IMG/VR virus record: IMGVR_UViG_3300050505_000370
Strand: one strand, 5' to 3'
Source: a virus
DNA: 64,000 bases
Below are positions 45,901-53,119 of this stretch, piece by piece (position 1 is the stretch's first letter; every line of letters begins with the position of its first letter). Under the pieces are notes generated by a model, which was not told the DNA's origin, did no database searches, and was given only the letters and a program-made list of their open reading frames with translations. The position numbers and the translations under genes are program-made.

Positions 45901-45936
45901 TTGACATTCTTTAGGCTTTTGAATGAATTGAGGCAT
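42925..45936 (-). CDS. polA: Fusion of family-4 UDG-like domain, 3'-5' exonuclease and family A DNA polymerase
   Basis: UDG: CQGCPL, GESPGYNE, HPSYIRR. Exonuclease: VSIDIETKE, GHNFWDFD, YGIADTD. Polymerase: DYKSYHALML (motif A), RDDQAKHAILGIGFG (motif B), VHDDF (motif C). CxxC...CxxC insert between exonuclease and polymerase. Confidence 0.9.
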   Translation of the reverse strand: MPQFIQKPKECQGCPLEDIGEGFILPEGNGSTPLLLTGESPGYNEILEGLPFRPSAQAGSILHRVIREKAKHTRGQLTFNNLCMCRPPQDHLLGMGWEYEAVNHCKVHFDRVVNKFKPKVILALGAVPFKHLTGLEGHNLNINMVRGYVFASSRYPSTLVVPTFHPSYIRRGNAHLMGILLFDYLKAFGIAQGTSPEFIMNPMEDKSLKYILSPSYEAAVGLWQHLKGNPLTLVSIDIETKESIGKEEDEIDDYGEYIKQVQLSIAPSSGIAFPWEEPFISIFKKIMSLPNPKVGHNFWDFDRPILQKAGVVINGRVDDTMWMMHHYQSDIPIGLQATASYFNFPFPWKHLSGQSLAFYGIADTDAPLRIMEHLPKRLKDRDLWRGYEELVYKVKPILIKTQDRGYPVNQKKQEVFKEAIHLRKGEIEGELKERVSSQFNRYHPEEGYKNVPADLKVQLILAATKMGVGVETLFTNPLEEVAEGAGLGVVGFKQGSCGFCRQNGEIKGSDGVFMVCPACQGRGFRTVRRYCKVIPFNPNSPPQVSDLIKYKKHEKIAAKLAINIAKESRSKIDLHDFEDEEKDLSTSKGVLKGLAIKTGDKVYSLMVEYRELTKMEGSFLGGGKNGKKGWKPGEDGRVHTTFTFRPPTVQTSSRDPNIQQGPVHSTLAIKFNETIEAKEGHVLTKLDYKSYHALMLGFLAEDPDYIRLARLDIHSYVTAHMVSLPEADVAIGWEDEKLRGWLKEVKGAYKSLRDDQAKHAILGIGFGLSEEGCYERYKEDFNPKMEEVLKGWGKKRSNPLEVDLRTGMARWQVEAEAQGKKKVKKLYELLRRLFPRVFKFQDKIIALADNQNYIDIPFGFRRWFWAAGEPRYDKWGNVLSIKKGEQAQQAMAYPVAANAFCHMRENLRILEDGGEVLSMIGGSLQPYLSTPGLLDKARLVNMVHDDFRFEPREEEWEEVMKKVLTVMRRRSKVLVNWTMPEGFHCEVDIKVGHNLAEMKEVSL

Positions 45937-46186
45937 TGATTATCATCCTTCCTAGAATTTTCCCCTCCAATCTAAACTCTGCTACCTCCCCATCAAACTC
46001 CCCCATCCTGACATAAGCTCTATGGAAGGCTCGATAGTGGGCAACATCTTTGTCTAGGGCTAAGATAGACCTATAGGTTTTTGGGTCAGCTACTATAAGG
46101 TCAGGAGCTATATTCCCAAGGCAGCATTCTGTGAAGGCCTCTCGGAGATTTGCATAGCTGAACTCACTCACTATCTTCTCTATCAT
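45911..46186 (-). CDS. hypothetical protein (91 aa)
   Basis: Overlaps the polA start by 26 nt. Confidence 0.5.
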   Translation of the reverse strand: MIEKIVSEFSYANLREAFTECCLGNIAPDLIVADPKTYRSILALDKDVAHYRAFHRAYVRMGEFDGEVAEFRLEGKILGRMIINASIHSKA

Positions 46187-46199
46187 CTAACCCTCCACC

Positions 46200-46313
46200 T
46201 TATCTGTAGCATAAGGATATCTGCCTATAGTTACTAGCATAGAAATTCATCTTCTTCATGTTGTCTTGTTTGTCTGGACCACTTCCTATTCTTCCACTTA
46301 CATAGATCTTCAT
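46200..46313 (-). pseudogene. 37-codon ORF resembling the N-terminus of DUF4406 / nucleoside deoxyribosyltransferase-like proteins (possible remnant)
   Basis: AAGGAGGAGG then ATG 46313. MKIYVSGRIGSGPDKQDN... matches only the first ~15 residues of that family. Confidence 0.2.
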
Positions 46314-46326
46314 GTGTTCCTCCTCC

Positions 46327-46995
46327 TTATCCCCCTGAAATCTCAAACCCATATCCAGACCCCCTAATGGTAAACCCCTGCTTCCACTTCTCCCCCTTCT
46401 CCCCCTCCCCTCCCCCCTCCATCTCATACTTCTCCAACTCCTTCAGCGCCGCCTCCATCCCCTTCTTATCCCCCTCCATCACCCTTAACCTCTCATCTAT
46501 ACTCCCCACTTGTTGATCCACGATGATCTGGGCTAGGTTAAGCTCCCCCTTCCCCACATCCCCCTTCCACTTCACCTTCTTCCCCTTTGCTATAACTCTC
46601 TCCCTTAGCTTCTTCCCCTCATACTCCTGCTGCTCTATCTGCTCTAGAGTCCTCTTAATGCTTGACCTCACATGCCCCACCACATCCCCCACTTCCCTCA
46701 TAAAAGCATCGTTGAACAACTCAAGAAGGGTCCCCCTAACCTTCCTCTCAAACTCCCCTATCCCATCCATCCCCTCTTCATCATAGACCCTCCTCCTCTC
46801 TTCATCCTTCCCCACCACTCCATAGGCTATGGTGAGGGCTCTTATCTCCTCCCCATCCTCTTTCTCCCTATCAGGGTGGAGCTTCTTCACCTTCTCCCTA
46901 TAAGCCTTTTTTATCTCTGCTTGGGAAGCATCCTTAGCTACCCCGAGGGTAGAGTAGTGATCCTTCTTAGGCTTCTTTTGTCCTGTCATAGCCAC
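46327..46995 (-). CDS. J-domain (DnaJ-like) protein
   Basis: DHYSTLGVAKDASQAEIKKAYREKVKKLHPDRE with the HPD motif. Likely start ATG 46989, which overlaps the stop of small ORF 46986-47090. Confidence 0.8.
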   Translation of the reverse strand: MAMTGQKKPKKDHYSTLGVAKDASQAEIKKAYREKVKKLHPDREKEDGEEIRALTIAYGVVGKDEERRRVYDEEGMDGIGEFERKVRGTLLELFNDAFMREVGDVVGHVRSSIKRTLEQIEQQEYEGKKLRERVIAKGKKVKWKGDVGKGELNLAQIIVDQQVGSIDERLRVMEGDKKGMEAALKELEKYEMEGGGEGEKGEKWKQGFTIRGSGYGFEISGG

Positions 46996-47090
46996 CTCTC
47001 ACATGAGTAACACCATACCTCCACCTTCCCCTTCACTAAAAGGCGATAGACCTCATGCCTTCTTAGTTTGTGGAGCAAATACCATAACAT
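46986..47090 (-). CDS. small ORF (34 aa), not in the ORF track
   Basis: AAAGGAGG 8 nt upstream of ATG 47090. Peptide MLWYLLHKLRRHEVYRLLVKGKVEVWCYSCERWL. ATGA coupling to the J-domain gene. Confidence 0.35.
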   Translation of the reverse strand: MLWYLLHKLRRHEVYRLLVKGKVEVWCYSCERWL

Positions 47091-47103
47091 ATCTTTAACC
47101 TCC

Positions 47104-47123
47104 TTTGGAAAGATTTGGAAAGA
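47104..47123. repeat. Perfect tandem 10-bp repeat TTTGGAAAGA x2
   Basis: Read directly, just upstream (- sense) of the SD of small ORF 46986-47090. Confidence 0.9.
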
Positions 47124-47207
47124 ACCAACCAGCCACTCCCCCACCTAGTCGTTTTTCTACTCTTGAGGGGTAGGAGAGGGAGCAGCTAGTTGGGCCTTCC
47201 TCCTCCC

Positions 47208-47492
47208 TTAAGAGGGGACATAATAAGCCTCCACCTCTCTATAGTCCGGCCCACTATGCTGTAGGAAGATTCTATCATTCCAAACAATTAGCTTCCAATA
47301 TCTAAGAGCCGTAGGAAGCTCTATCTCAGTAACAAACCCCCCTCCACTGTCCCTAAGGATAACCTTTCTAGTTAGGTACTTAACGTCCTTCATCTCCCTC
47401 ATTTTCCTACGACAAACATAGCAATACTTCTCTATCTGCTCATTAGGCATAAGGGGAAGTCCACACTCACCACAGATTCTAATATCAGGCAT
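47208..47492 (-). CDS. zinc-ribbon protein (94 aa)
   Basis: CGEC ... CYVC; 8-nt overlap with the upstream gene. Confidence 0.55.
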   Translation of the reverse strand: MPDIRICGECGLPLMPNEQIEKYCYVCRRKMREMKDVKYLTRKVILRDSGGGFVTEIELPTALRYWKLIVWNDRIFLQHSGPDYREVEAYYVPS

Positions 47493-48459
47493 CTTCCCTC
47501 CCTTCCCTCCCTTTAACCTTCTTCAACCCCCTCAACCACTCCCTCTCCTTCTCCTCTTTAACCCCTGCATGAGCCCACCCATCCTTATCAATCCACTTCC
47601 CTATATTCCCCTCTATTATCTGCACCAAAAGGGGAGGGGGGATAGCGTCTAGTTCCCAACTATAAGGGCCATACTTCTCAATATATTTAGAAGCCCTACT
47701 ATCTGTTACCTTAGCAGGGTTAGGTGGAGGGTGGAGGATTTCCACTTGCTTCATGTTAAGGGCTACTCGGCTTATTCTAAGGGATTCCCCTGGTACCCAC
47801 CCCTTAACAGCATCCTCTCCTCCACAGCTTAAGAACATCTTCAACCTATCTCTCAAATCCCTAGTCATATCAATCCCGCTTGGATCGTGGTCCCCTAGGT
47901 GGAGAATCCTAACCTTTTGTCCCTTCCCTATATACTTCTTAAATCTCCTCCCTGCCCTCCACATCTCGCTCTGACTATTATACCCCCTACAAGCAAAGCT
48001 AGGAACATCCCACTTCCTACACACCCCCTCCACCACCCCCATCAAGGCATCCTTCTCAATCCAAACCTCCAACCTATAAGGTTGATAAGTGATAGCCCAC
48101 ATATCTATATGGTAAGCCTCTATAGCTTCATCGAGGGCAGAGATAGGCCCCTTATAATGCTTCATCTCTCTGAGGTTCCTAGTTCTATCCTCTATGGCAG
48201 ACCAGTCAACTAGCCCCGCTAATCTCGCGTCGCTTATGAGGTTGCCAAAGTTGTTGTAGCTCTTGATGGTGTTGGGGATTATGTCCTTACTCACCATCTG
48301 GTAGTAGAGTTGCCTAAGGGTAAGGACAAACCCCTGCCCTTGATACTCCTCTATAACCTCATTAGCTTTGGCTATGAGGAGGGCTGAGGTGGTGGTGAAG
48401 GATTTAGGGATGTAGGTTTCTTTTGGCACTACATCCCCTCCTTTACCTTCTTCAACCAA
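47485..48459 (-). CDS. Spo11 / topoisomerase VI subunit A-like protein (stand-alone, Mini-A type)
   Basis: 5Y-CAP-like LTLRQLYYQMV, Toprim Glu in EVWIEKDAL, DxD in LGDHDPSGIDM. The track start is TTG 48459. GTG 48429 has AAGGAGGGG upstream and overlaps the helicase stop. Confidence 0.6.
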   Translation of the reverse strand: MVEEGKGGDVVPKETYIPKSFTTTSALLIAKANEVIEEYQGQGFVLTLRQLYYQMVSKDIIPNTIKSYNNFGNLISDARLAGLVDWSAIEDRTRNLREMKHYKGPISALDEAIEAYHIDMWAITYQPYRLEVWIEKDALMGVVEGVCRKWDVPSFACRGYNSQSEMWRAGRRFKKYIGKGQKVRILHLGDHDPSGIDMTRDLRDRLKMFLSCGGEDAVKGWVPGESLRISRVALNMKQVEILHPPPNPAKVTDSRASKYIEKYGPYSWELDAIPPPLLVQIIEGNIGKWIDKDGWAHAGVKEEKEREWLRGLKKVKGREGREDA

Positions 48460-49934
48460 TTCAACACCTTTGGGTCTACCTTACATCTCTTCCCTAAGAT
48501 CCCCTCTGCCCCTACCAACCTCATCCCCTCCACACTTCTAGCCCTACTTAAAGCGACGTAGAGTTGATTAGGATTAGACATGAACCAGTTGCGGCAATCA
48601 ATCTGCACCTTATCAAGGGTCAACCCCTGGCTCTTGTAGGTGGTAACCGCATAGGCTACCCTTATAGGGCTATAAGTAACTGCCCCATATATCCACCTCT
48701 GTCTCTCATCGTCGTAGTAGGGTTCAAACCCATCAGGTAACTCCTCAGTGGCATCAGGTTTGTGCTTACTCTCATTGAACCTCGTAACAGGGGGGACACT
48801 AACTACCTCCCCATTCCTAGCCAACTTAACCATAAAGGTTTGGGTGAGGGGGTTGAAGTCTTGGATAGTCCCACAATCCCCATTGCTATATTCAAAGCCA
48901 ATCGACATCCCATCCACATACCCCAAAGACTTATTAACCAAGATCATCACATAAGCCCCTACCTTCACATTCAACTTATCTGGGATCTGCTTCCACTCCC
49001 CCAAAGCCTTCCCCTCTACCTTCTTCAAGGTAGAGATAGGCTTCCCCCCTATCCTCCCCAACCTAATAAGATTGTAGCTATCAACCTCCTCATTCTTTGC
49101 CATAATGGTGGTGCCGTCGAAGTTGGGGTCTAAGCCAGAGTTGAACTTCGCCCCCAAACCAACAAGCATTTTCTCCGCCTCCATCCCTCTCCCCATCCGG
49201 GCTAACTCCAAAGCTTCCACAAAGGGCTTACTCTCCTGCCTCCACACATGGGTAAGAAAGGTAGTCCCCCCTTCTTCCTCAAACCTATCCCAACATTCCC
49301 CCTCAAAGGCCCACTTTGCTTTCTTCTCCTTGGTGGAGATAGGCCCTAACTGGCCGAAGTCCCCCGTTAGGATCAACCCTATAGGCCTCTTGGTACTTTC
49401 CCTCGCATTAACCTGCTCTATAGCATTAACAAAGACATCAAGGGCTTCCCCCTCTAACATGGAAGCCTCATCAAGGATAAGGAACCTATAGGATTTGGCT
49501 AGTCTAGCAAGGGTGGCTTGAACCTTCCCCTCTATAAACTTATCAACTAGAGAGGCGGTGTCGAAATACTTAAAGGTGCTATTGATGGTGGTGGTGCCGA
49601 GGTTAACAGCGGCTATCCCTGTTGTGGCACAGAGAAGGCCAAAGGAAGGGTCCTTCTCTATCTGCTGCTTGATAAGGGTGGTCTTTCCTGTCCCTGCCTT
49701 ACCTGTGATAAAGCGGAAGAGAAGGCCCTCCTCGTCGTCCTCGAAGGGGTCTGGGTTGGTTTTGATAGGGTTGATGGGAGAAGATTCATAGATAGAGAAG
49801 ACCTTTCCCTCTTCTACAAAGGGGAGATTATCTACTCCATCGTTTAAGGCTTCTTGTGGTTGGGAGGTTTCTTGCTCTGGGGGAAGGTCTGTATCTGCTA
49901 AGGCCTCCTCCCATGTCTTAAACTCATTTGCCAT
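48429..49934 (-). CDS. SF1B helicase (Pif1/RecD/Dda-like)
   Basis: GKAGTGKTT (motif I), LILDEASML (II), LTGDFGQLGP (III), YAVTTYKSQGLT (V), YVALSRARS (VI). Confidence 0.85.
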   Translation of the reverse strand: MANEFKTWEEALADTDLPPEQETSQPQEALNDGVDNLPFVEEGKVFSIYESSPINPIKTNPDPFEDDEEGLLFRFITGKAGTGKTTLIKQQIEKDPSFGLLCATTGIAAVNLGTTTINSTFKYFDTASLVDKFIEGKVQATLARLAKSYRFLILDEASMLEGEALDVFVNAIEQVNARESTKRPIGLILTGDFGQLGPISTKEKKAKWAFEGECWDRFEEEGGTTFLTHVWRQESKPFVEALELARMGRGMEAEKMLVGLGAKFNSGLDPNFDGTTIMAKNEEVDSYNLIRLGRIGGKPISTLKKVEGKALGEWKQIPDKLNVKVGAYVMILVNKSLGYVDGMSIGFEYSNGDCGTIQDFNPLTQTFMVKLARNGEVVSVPPVTRFNESKHKPDATEELPDGFEPYYDDERQRWIYGAVTYSPIRVAYAVTTYKSQGLTLDKVQIDCRNWFMSNPNQLYVALSRARSVEGMRLVGAEGILGKRCKVDPKVLNWLKKVKEGM

Positions 49935-50011
49935 TTTAGTTCTCCGGTAAACCCCTAAGGGGGTGGAAGGGAAGCCCTCTTTGGTGGGGCTTTTGGTTGG
50001 AAAAGGATAGA

Positions 50012-50074
50012 AGGAAACCCTATTAGTAGAAGCTTCCCCCGTTCTGCATTAAGGGTAAACTAATAGGGTTTCCT
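50012..50074 (-). terminator. Long hairpin (15-bp perfect stem, 33-nt loop), terminator or processing site
   Basis: Arms AGGAAACCCTATTAG (50012-50026) / CTAATAGGGTTTCCT (50060-50074). On the - strand it is followed by TCTATCCTTTT. Lies between ORF 50102-50446 and the helicase gene. Confidence 0.5.
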
Positions 50075-50101
50075 ATTTTAGACCTTTAGGCCCCTTTGGG
50101 C

Positions 50102-50446
50102 TTAGGAGGGCTGTGCTTCTGCTGAGGTCGTTGCCCCTGCTGCTTCCTCTGCCTGCTTCGCAGCCAAAGCTGCCTTCTCAGCGTTGGAGAGTGGTCCCTT
50201 CTTCTTTGGGGGGATCACGTTCCCATCAGCATCAAACTTCGGGGCGGGCTTGTTCTTGGGCTTATTGAGCAATTCATACTTCGCCTCAAACTCTTCCCTC
50301 TCCCCCATAGTAATAACCCCATTGTCGCTGATTAGATAGTCTCCTGCCTTGAACTGCTTCCCTTCGAACTCCGCAGGAGCCTCAATCTGATGAGCAAAGA
50401 TGTTGCTCTGCTTCAGCTTATAAGCCTTTCCAAATGGATTCGCCAT
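50102..50446 (-). CDS. hypothetical protein (114 aa), moron-like unit
   Basis: Has its own promoter (50535-50564), an ~80-nt leader and a downstream hairpin. All five Gln codons are CAG, unlike the neighbours. Confidence 0.6.
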   Translation of the reverse strand: MANPFGKAYKLKQSNIFAHQIEAPAEFEGKQFKAGDYLISDNGVITMGEREEFEAKYELLNKPKNKPAPKFDADGNVIPPKKKGPLSNAEKAALAAKQAEEAAGATTSAEAQPS

Positions 50447-50484
50447 ATTCCTTCACCTTCCTTTTCTGATTTTGTAATGCTCAA

Positions 50485-50516
50485 GGCTTCCTAGCTTCCC
50501 CTCTTTGGCTTCCTAG
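50485..50516. repeat. Direct repeat GGCTTCCTAG x2 (22-nt period) in the leader of ORF 50102-50446
   Basis: Copies at 50485-50494 and 50507-50516. Confidence 0.85.
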
Positions 50517-50534
50517 GTGCCCTCGAACGGGTTG

Positions 50535-50564
50535 ATGATACGACAAGTGGGGATTGTTTGTCAA
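50535..50564 (-). promoter_or_regulatory. sigma70-like promoter TTGACA-N18-TATCAT (on - strand)
   Basis: -35 = 50564-50559, -10 = 50540-50535. Confidence 0.5.
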
Positions 50565-50576
50565 TTAAAATCCGCA

Positions 50577-50831
50577 TCAGTGGGGAAAGTTTTTCCCCTC
50601 CTGCCTCATTCTTTCTACTAACCTATCAAGGGGAGGCTTTGTCCTCCTAACATTCCTCTCCCCTACAATCACCTTCCCATGGTCGGGGATCTCCCAAAGC
50701 TCCACCTCCCTCTCAAACTTTCCATCCCTAACAACCTGCACATACCCCTTAGCTCTGGGGGAGCAGAGGAGGACCACATAGTCCCCCTCCTTGATTGGCC
50801 CCCCTCCTCTTAGCCTCTTCTCTTCTTCCAT
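50577..50831 (-). CDS. hypothetical protein (84 aa)
   Basis: ORF in the array. Confidence 0.5.
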   Translation of the reverse strand: MEEEKRLRGGGPIKEGDYVVLLCSPRAKGYVQVVRDGKFEREVELWEIPDHGKVIVGERNVRRTKPPLDRLVERMRQEGKNFPH

Positions 50832-50874
50832 TTAAGGCCTCCCTTCTTAGCCTCTAGCCCCTCTAAAAAGGCCT

Positions 50875-51504
50875 CTAGGAAGCGGCGTAGAATCTCTTCA
50901 CCTCTACCCCTGCCCTAACCTCTCCTTGACAATCAGGGCATCTAGCCTCTCCAAGGTGTCCAACCTTCTCACCATCGGAGTTCACCTTCTCAGGCCATTT
51001 ACTCTCCCCCAAAAGCTTTCCTATCTCTTTCTCGCAATTCCCACAATAGCACTTCCATTGAAGCCTTGCGGGGAGGATAGGTTCAGCCGCAATCAACCCC
51101 TCAGCAAAACCCCCCATCTCTTTAGGATTAAGGCCAGGAGGCATAGGGCTCCCCAAGAGACGGCAGATATTCCCTAGCCTACTCCCCCCACTCCTATCTA
51201 TCATAGTCATGGGGTAGATTGCCCTGAGCTTCATGTTATCAAACAATCCTCCAGGCTGGACAATGGTAAGGTCAATCATGAGAATCCCAAAGGGCTTCCC
51301 ATTCTTGTCCTTCTTGAAATAGGTCTGCCTTGTCCCATGCTTATTCTCCCCCAAGGAGAGCTTAAGCATGTAGTCAATAGCATTCCCCTCTGGGTCAAGC
51401 TCAGGAGGGGGGATATAGGCATCTGTGTCTGCCTCTGGGTCATACGTTTGTGGTTCGGATAGGCTTGGATCGTCCAAGTCTAGAATGCCGTCTTCATCGC
51501 TCAT
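50875..51504 (-). CDS. hypothetical protein with C-terminal zinc ribbon; possible ssDNA-binding partner of the upstream ATPase
   Basis: CYCGNC ... CPDC. ATGA-coupled to the RecA-like ATPase gene. The function is a guess from position only. Confidence 0.3.
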   Translation of the reverse strand: MSDEDGILDLDDPSLSEPQTYDPEADTDAYIPPPELDPEGNAIDYMLKLSLGENKHGTRQTYFKKDKNGKPFGILMIDLTIVQPGGLFDNMKLRAIYPMTMIDRSGGSRLGNICRLLGSPMPPGLNPKEMGGFAEGLIAAEPILPARLQWKCYCGNCEKEIGKLLGESKWPEKVNSDGEKVGHLGEARCPDCQGEVRAGVEVKRFYAAS

Positions 51505-52655
51505 TTTGATATGGCTCCTTCTGTTGGTTTAGATGCATCTAATAAACTAGCTTCCTTCTCTTTCCTCTTAAGGTCCATCTCCTTCTTCCAATCCCCTATC
51601 TCCCCTACACCCTTCTCCACCAACTCATCCTCTTTCCTTAAGAAGATGTCCAATCCTCCTTCTAAAGTGGGGATAAAATAACCATCAGGCCACTCCTTCA
51701 AAAGATCCTTCATAAGAGGGGCAGGGGTGCGGGGTTTAGCTTCCCAACTTAGATTAGGGGTTAGCTTATCAGGATGCTTCATGAAGTAGTAGCGGGTTTC
51801 ACTTACCTCTTCCTCCTTCAAGGGTCTAATCCCTGTAGCTATCTTAGGCTTAGAAATGTCCTCCACCGTCCTTTTAACTACCTGCACATCAGCATGGATC
51901 ATAAATCCCACATTCCTTCCTATCTTTGGAGTCCCCTTATTCCCTACCAATCCTATCCCCCTAACCACCTGCCTTGTCAGTTCATCTGTTGCCTGATGCT
52001 CATGCCCTGTCCATATGACAAACTCAACAGGAAGTTGCCAACTCTTTAGAATATTCCCCATCACCTCAGCCTGCACATACCCATAATGATCTTGACTATT
52101 AGCCCCAGTCATCTCATCCCCTAACACCTCCCCTGCTTTCCCCTCAAAAACCTCCAACTTATCCCCTAGCTTAACTGTCTCTGCCCTTCTGTCCTTCCCA
52201 TCTGTATTCTCCATTACTTCTCCTGTAGAGGTAAGTTTGATGGAGTAGGCAGGGTTCATCCCCATTTTCTTTCCCCTTATATGCTGCATGTAGAACTCTG
52301 CAAGGGAGGTTATCCCCTCAAAGAAATACCCTCCATAGAGATGGACCCCCTTTTCTTTATGGTTAGGGGGGATGATCTTCTCACTCTTCCTCACTCCATC
52401 CACTATATCCAAAGGCCAATACCCTTGGACTATCTTATGCATGATAAACATGGGGTTTTGCTCTTGGAGGAGGGAGTAGGGCTCTATAAGTCCTGCCTTG
52501 ATGTAGGGAAGGATAGGCTTCCACCCCCCTCCATCTGCTGAGACATACCGGATAGGAAGGCCTGTCCTTTCATAGACATATTTAGAGAGGAAGCCTAAGT
52601 TAGAGGTCTTGAAGGAACCGGATCGACCATAGAAGCAACCTGTTGTGTTAGCCAT
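51501..52655 (-). CDS. RecA-like P-loop ATPase (AAA_24 / Sak4-like)
   Basis: N-terminal FYGRSGSFKTS (Walker A-like); VIWTGHE strand typical of this family. Confidence 0.5.
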   Translation of the reverse strand: MANTTGCFYGRSGSFKTSNLGFLSKYVYERTGLPIRYVSADGGGWKPILPYIKAGLIEPYSLLQEQNPMFIMHKIVQGYWPLDIVDGVRKSEKIIPPNHKEKGVHLYGGYFFEGITSLAEFYMQHIRGKKMGMNPAYSIKLTSTGEVMENTDGKDRRAETVKLGDKLEVFEGKAGEVLGDEMTGANSQDHYGYVQAEVMGNILKSWQLPVEFVIWTGHEHQATDELTRQVVRGIGLVGNKGTPKIGRNVGFMIHADVQVVKRTVEDISKPKIATGIRPLKEEEVSETRYYFMKHPDKLTPNLSWEAKPRTPAPLMKDLLKEWPDGYFIPTLEGGLDIFLRKEDELVEKGVGEIGDWKKEMDLKRKEKEASLLDASKPTEGAISK

Positions 52656-52932
52656 TTTCCCCCCTATCTCCCCTAACCTGTCTTATTATTGCTAGGCCTG
52701 CCTCTAGCTTCTCCCTCTCCCTATCCAACTCCTCCTCTGACATCTCCTCAAAGGGGGGAGGAGCTAGGATCTCAGGGAACTCCCCAAGGGTAGTGGCAGT
52801 TATCTTGATCCTTCTCCCTTCCAGCCCCCACTCCTTACTCCCATGGATAGCCTTGGAGATATTCTCCTCCACTACCTCCCTCGGCCCCTCATAGGAGATT
52901 ATCCTAAGCACTCTTATTTTATCCATCGCCAT
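52648..52932 (-). CDS. hypothetical protein (94 aa)
   Basis: Overlapping array. Confidence 0.5.
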   Translation of the reverse strand: MAMDKIRVLRIISYEGPREVVEENISKAIHGSKEWGLEGRRIKITATTLGEFPEILAPPPFEEMSEEELDREREKLEAGLAIIRQVRGDRGENG

Positions 52933-53119
52933 TCACCTCCCTCTCTGGTTCTACCATATCCTTATTCCCCCACTTCCCTCTCCCGCTTCTCTTATAGATA
53001 CTAATGGTAAGAATCTCCACCTCCTCCCCATGTACTATATGGAGCATGGTGGAGGTGTTGAGGATAGAGTCGTCGGGGAGGTTGGCTATCTTCTCTATTA
53101 GGTCCTTTTTAGTTACCAT
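52919..53119 (-). CDS. hypothetical protein (66 aa)
   Basis: Overlapping array. Confidence 0.45.
   Translation of the reverse strand: MVTKKDLIEKIANLPDDSILNTSTMLHIVHGEEVEILTISIYKRSGRGKWGNKDMVEPEREVNGDG

Noticed and set aside
46200-46427. Full 75-aa version of the ORF overlapping the 3' end of the J-domain gene
   Set aside because: The upstream two-thirds is Arg/Gly low-complexity sequence in the alternative frame of the J-domain gene. Only the part after the internal SD and ATG (46313) looks like a real initiation.
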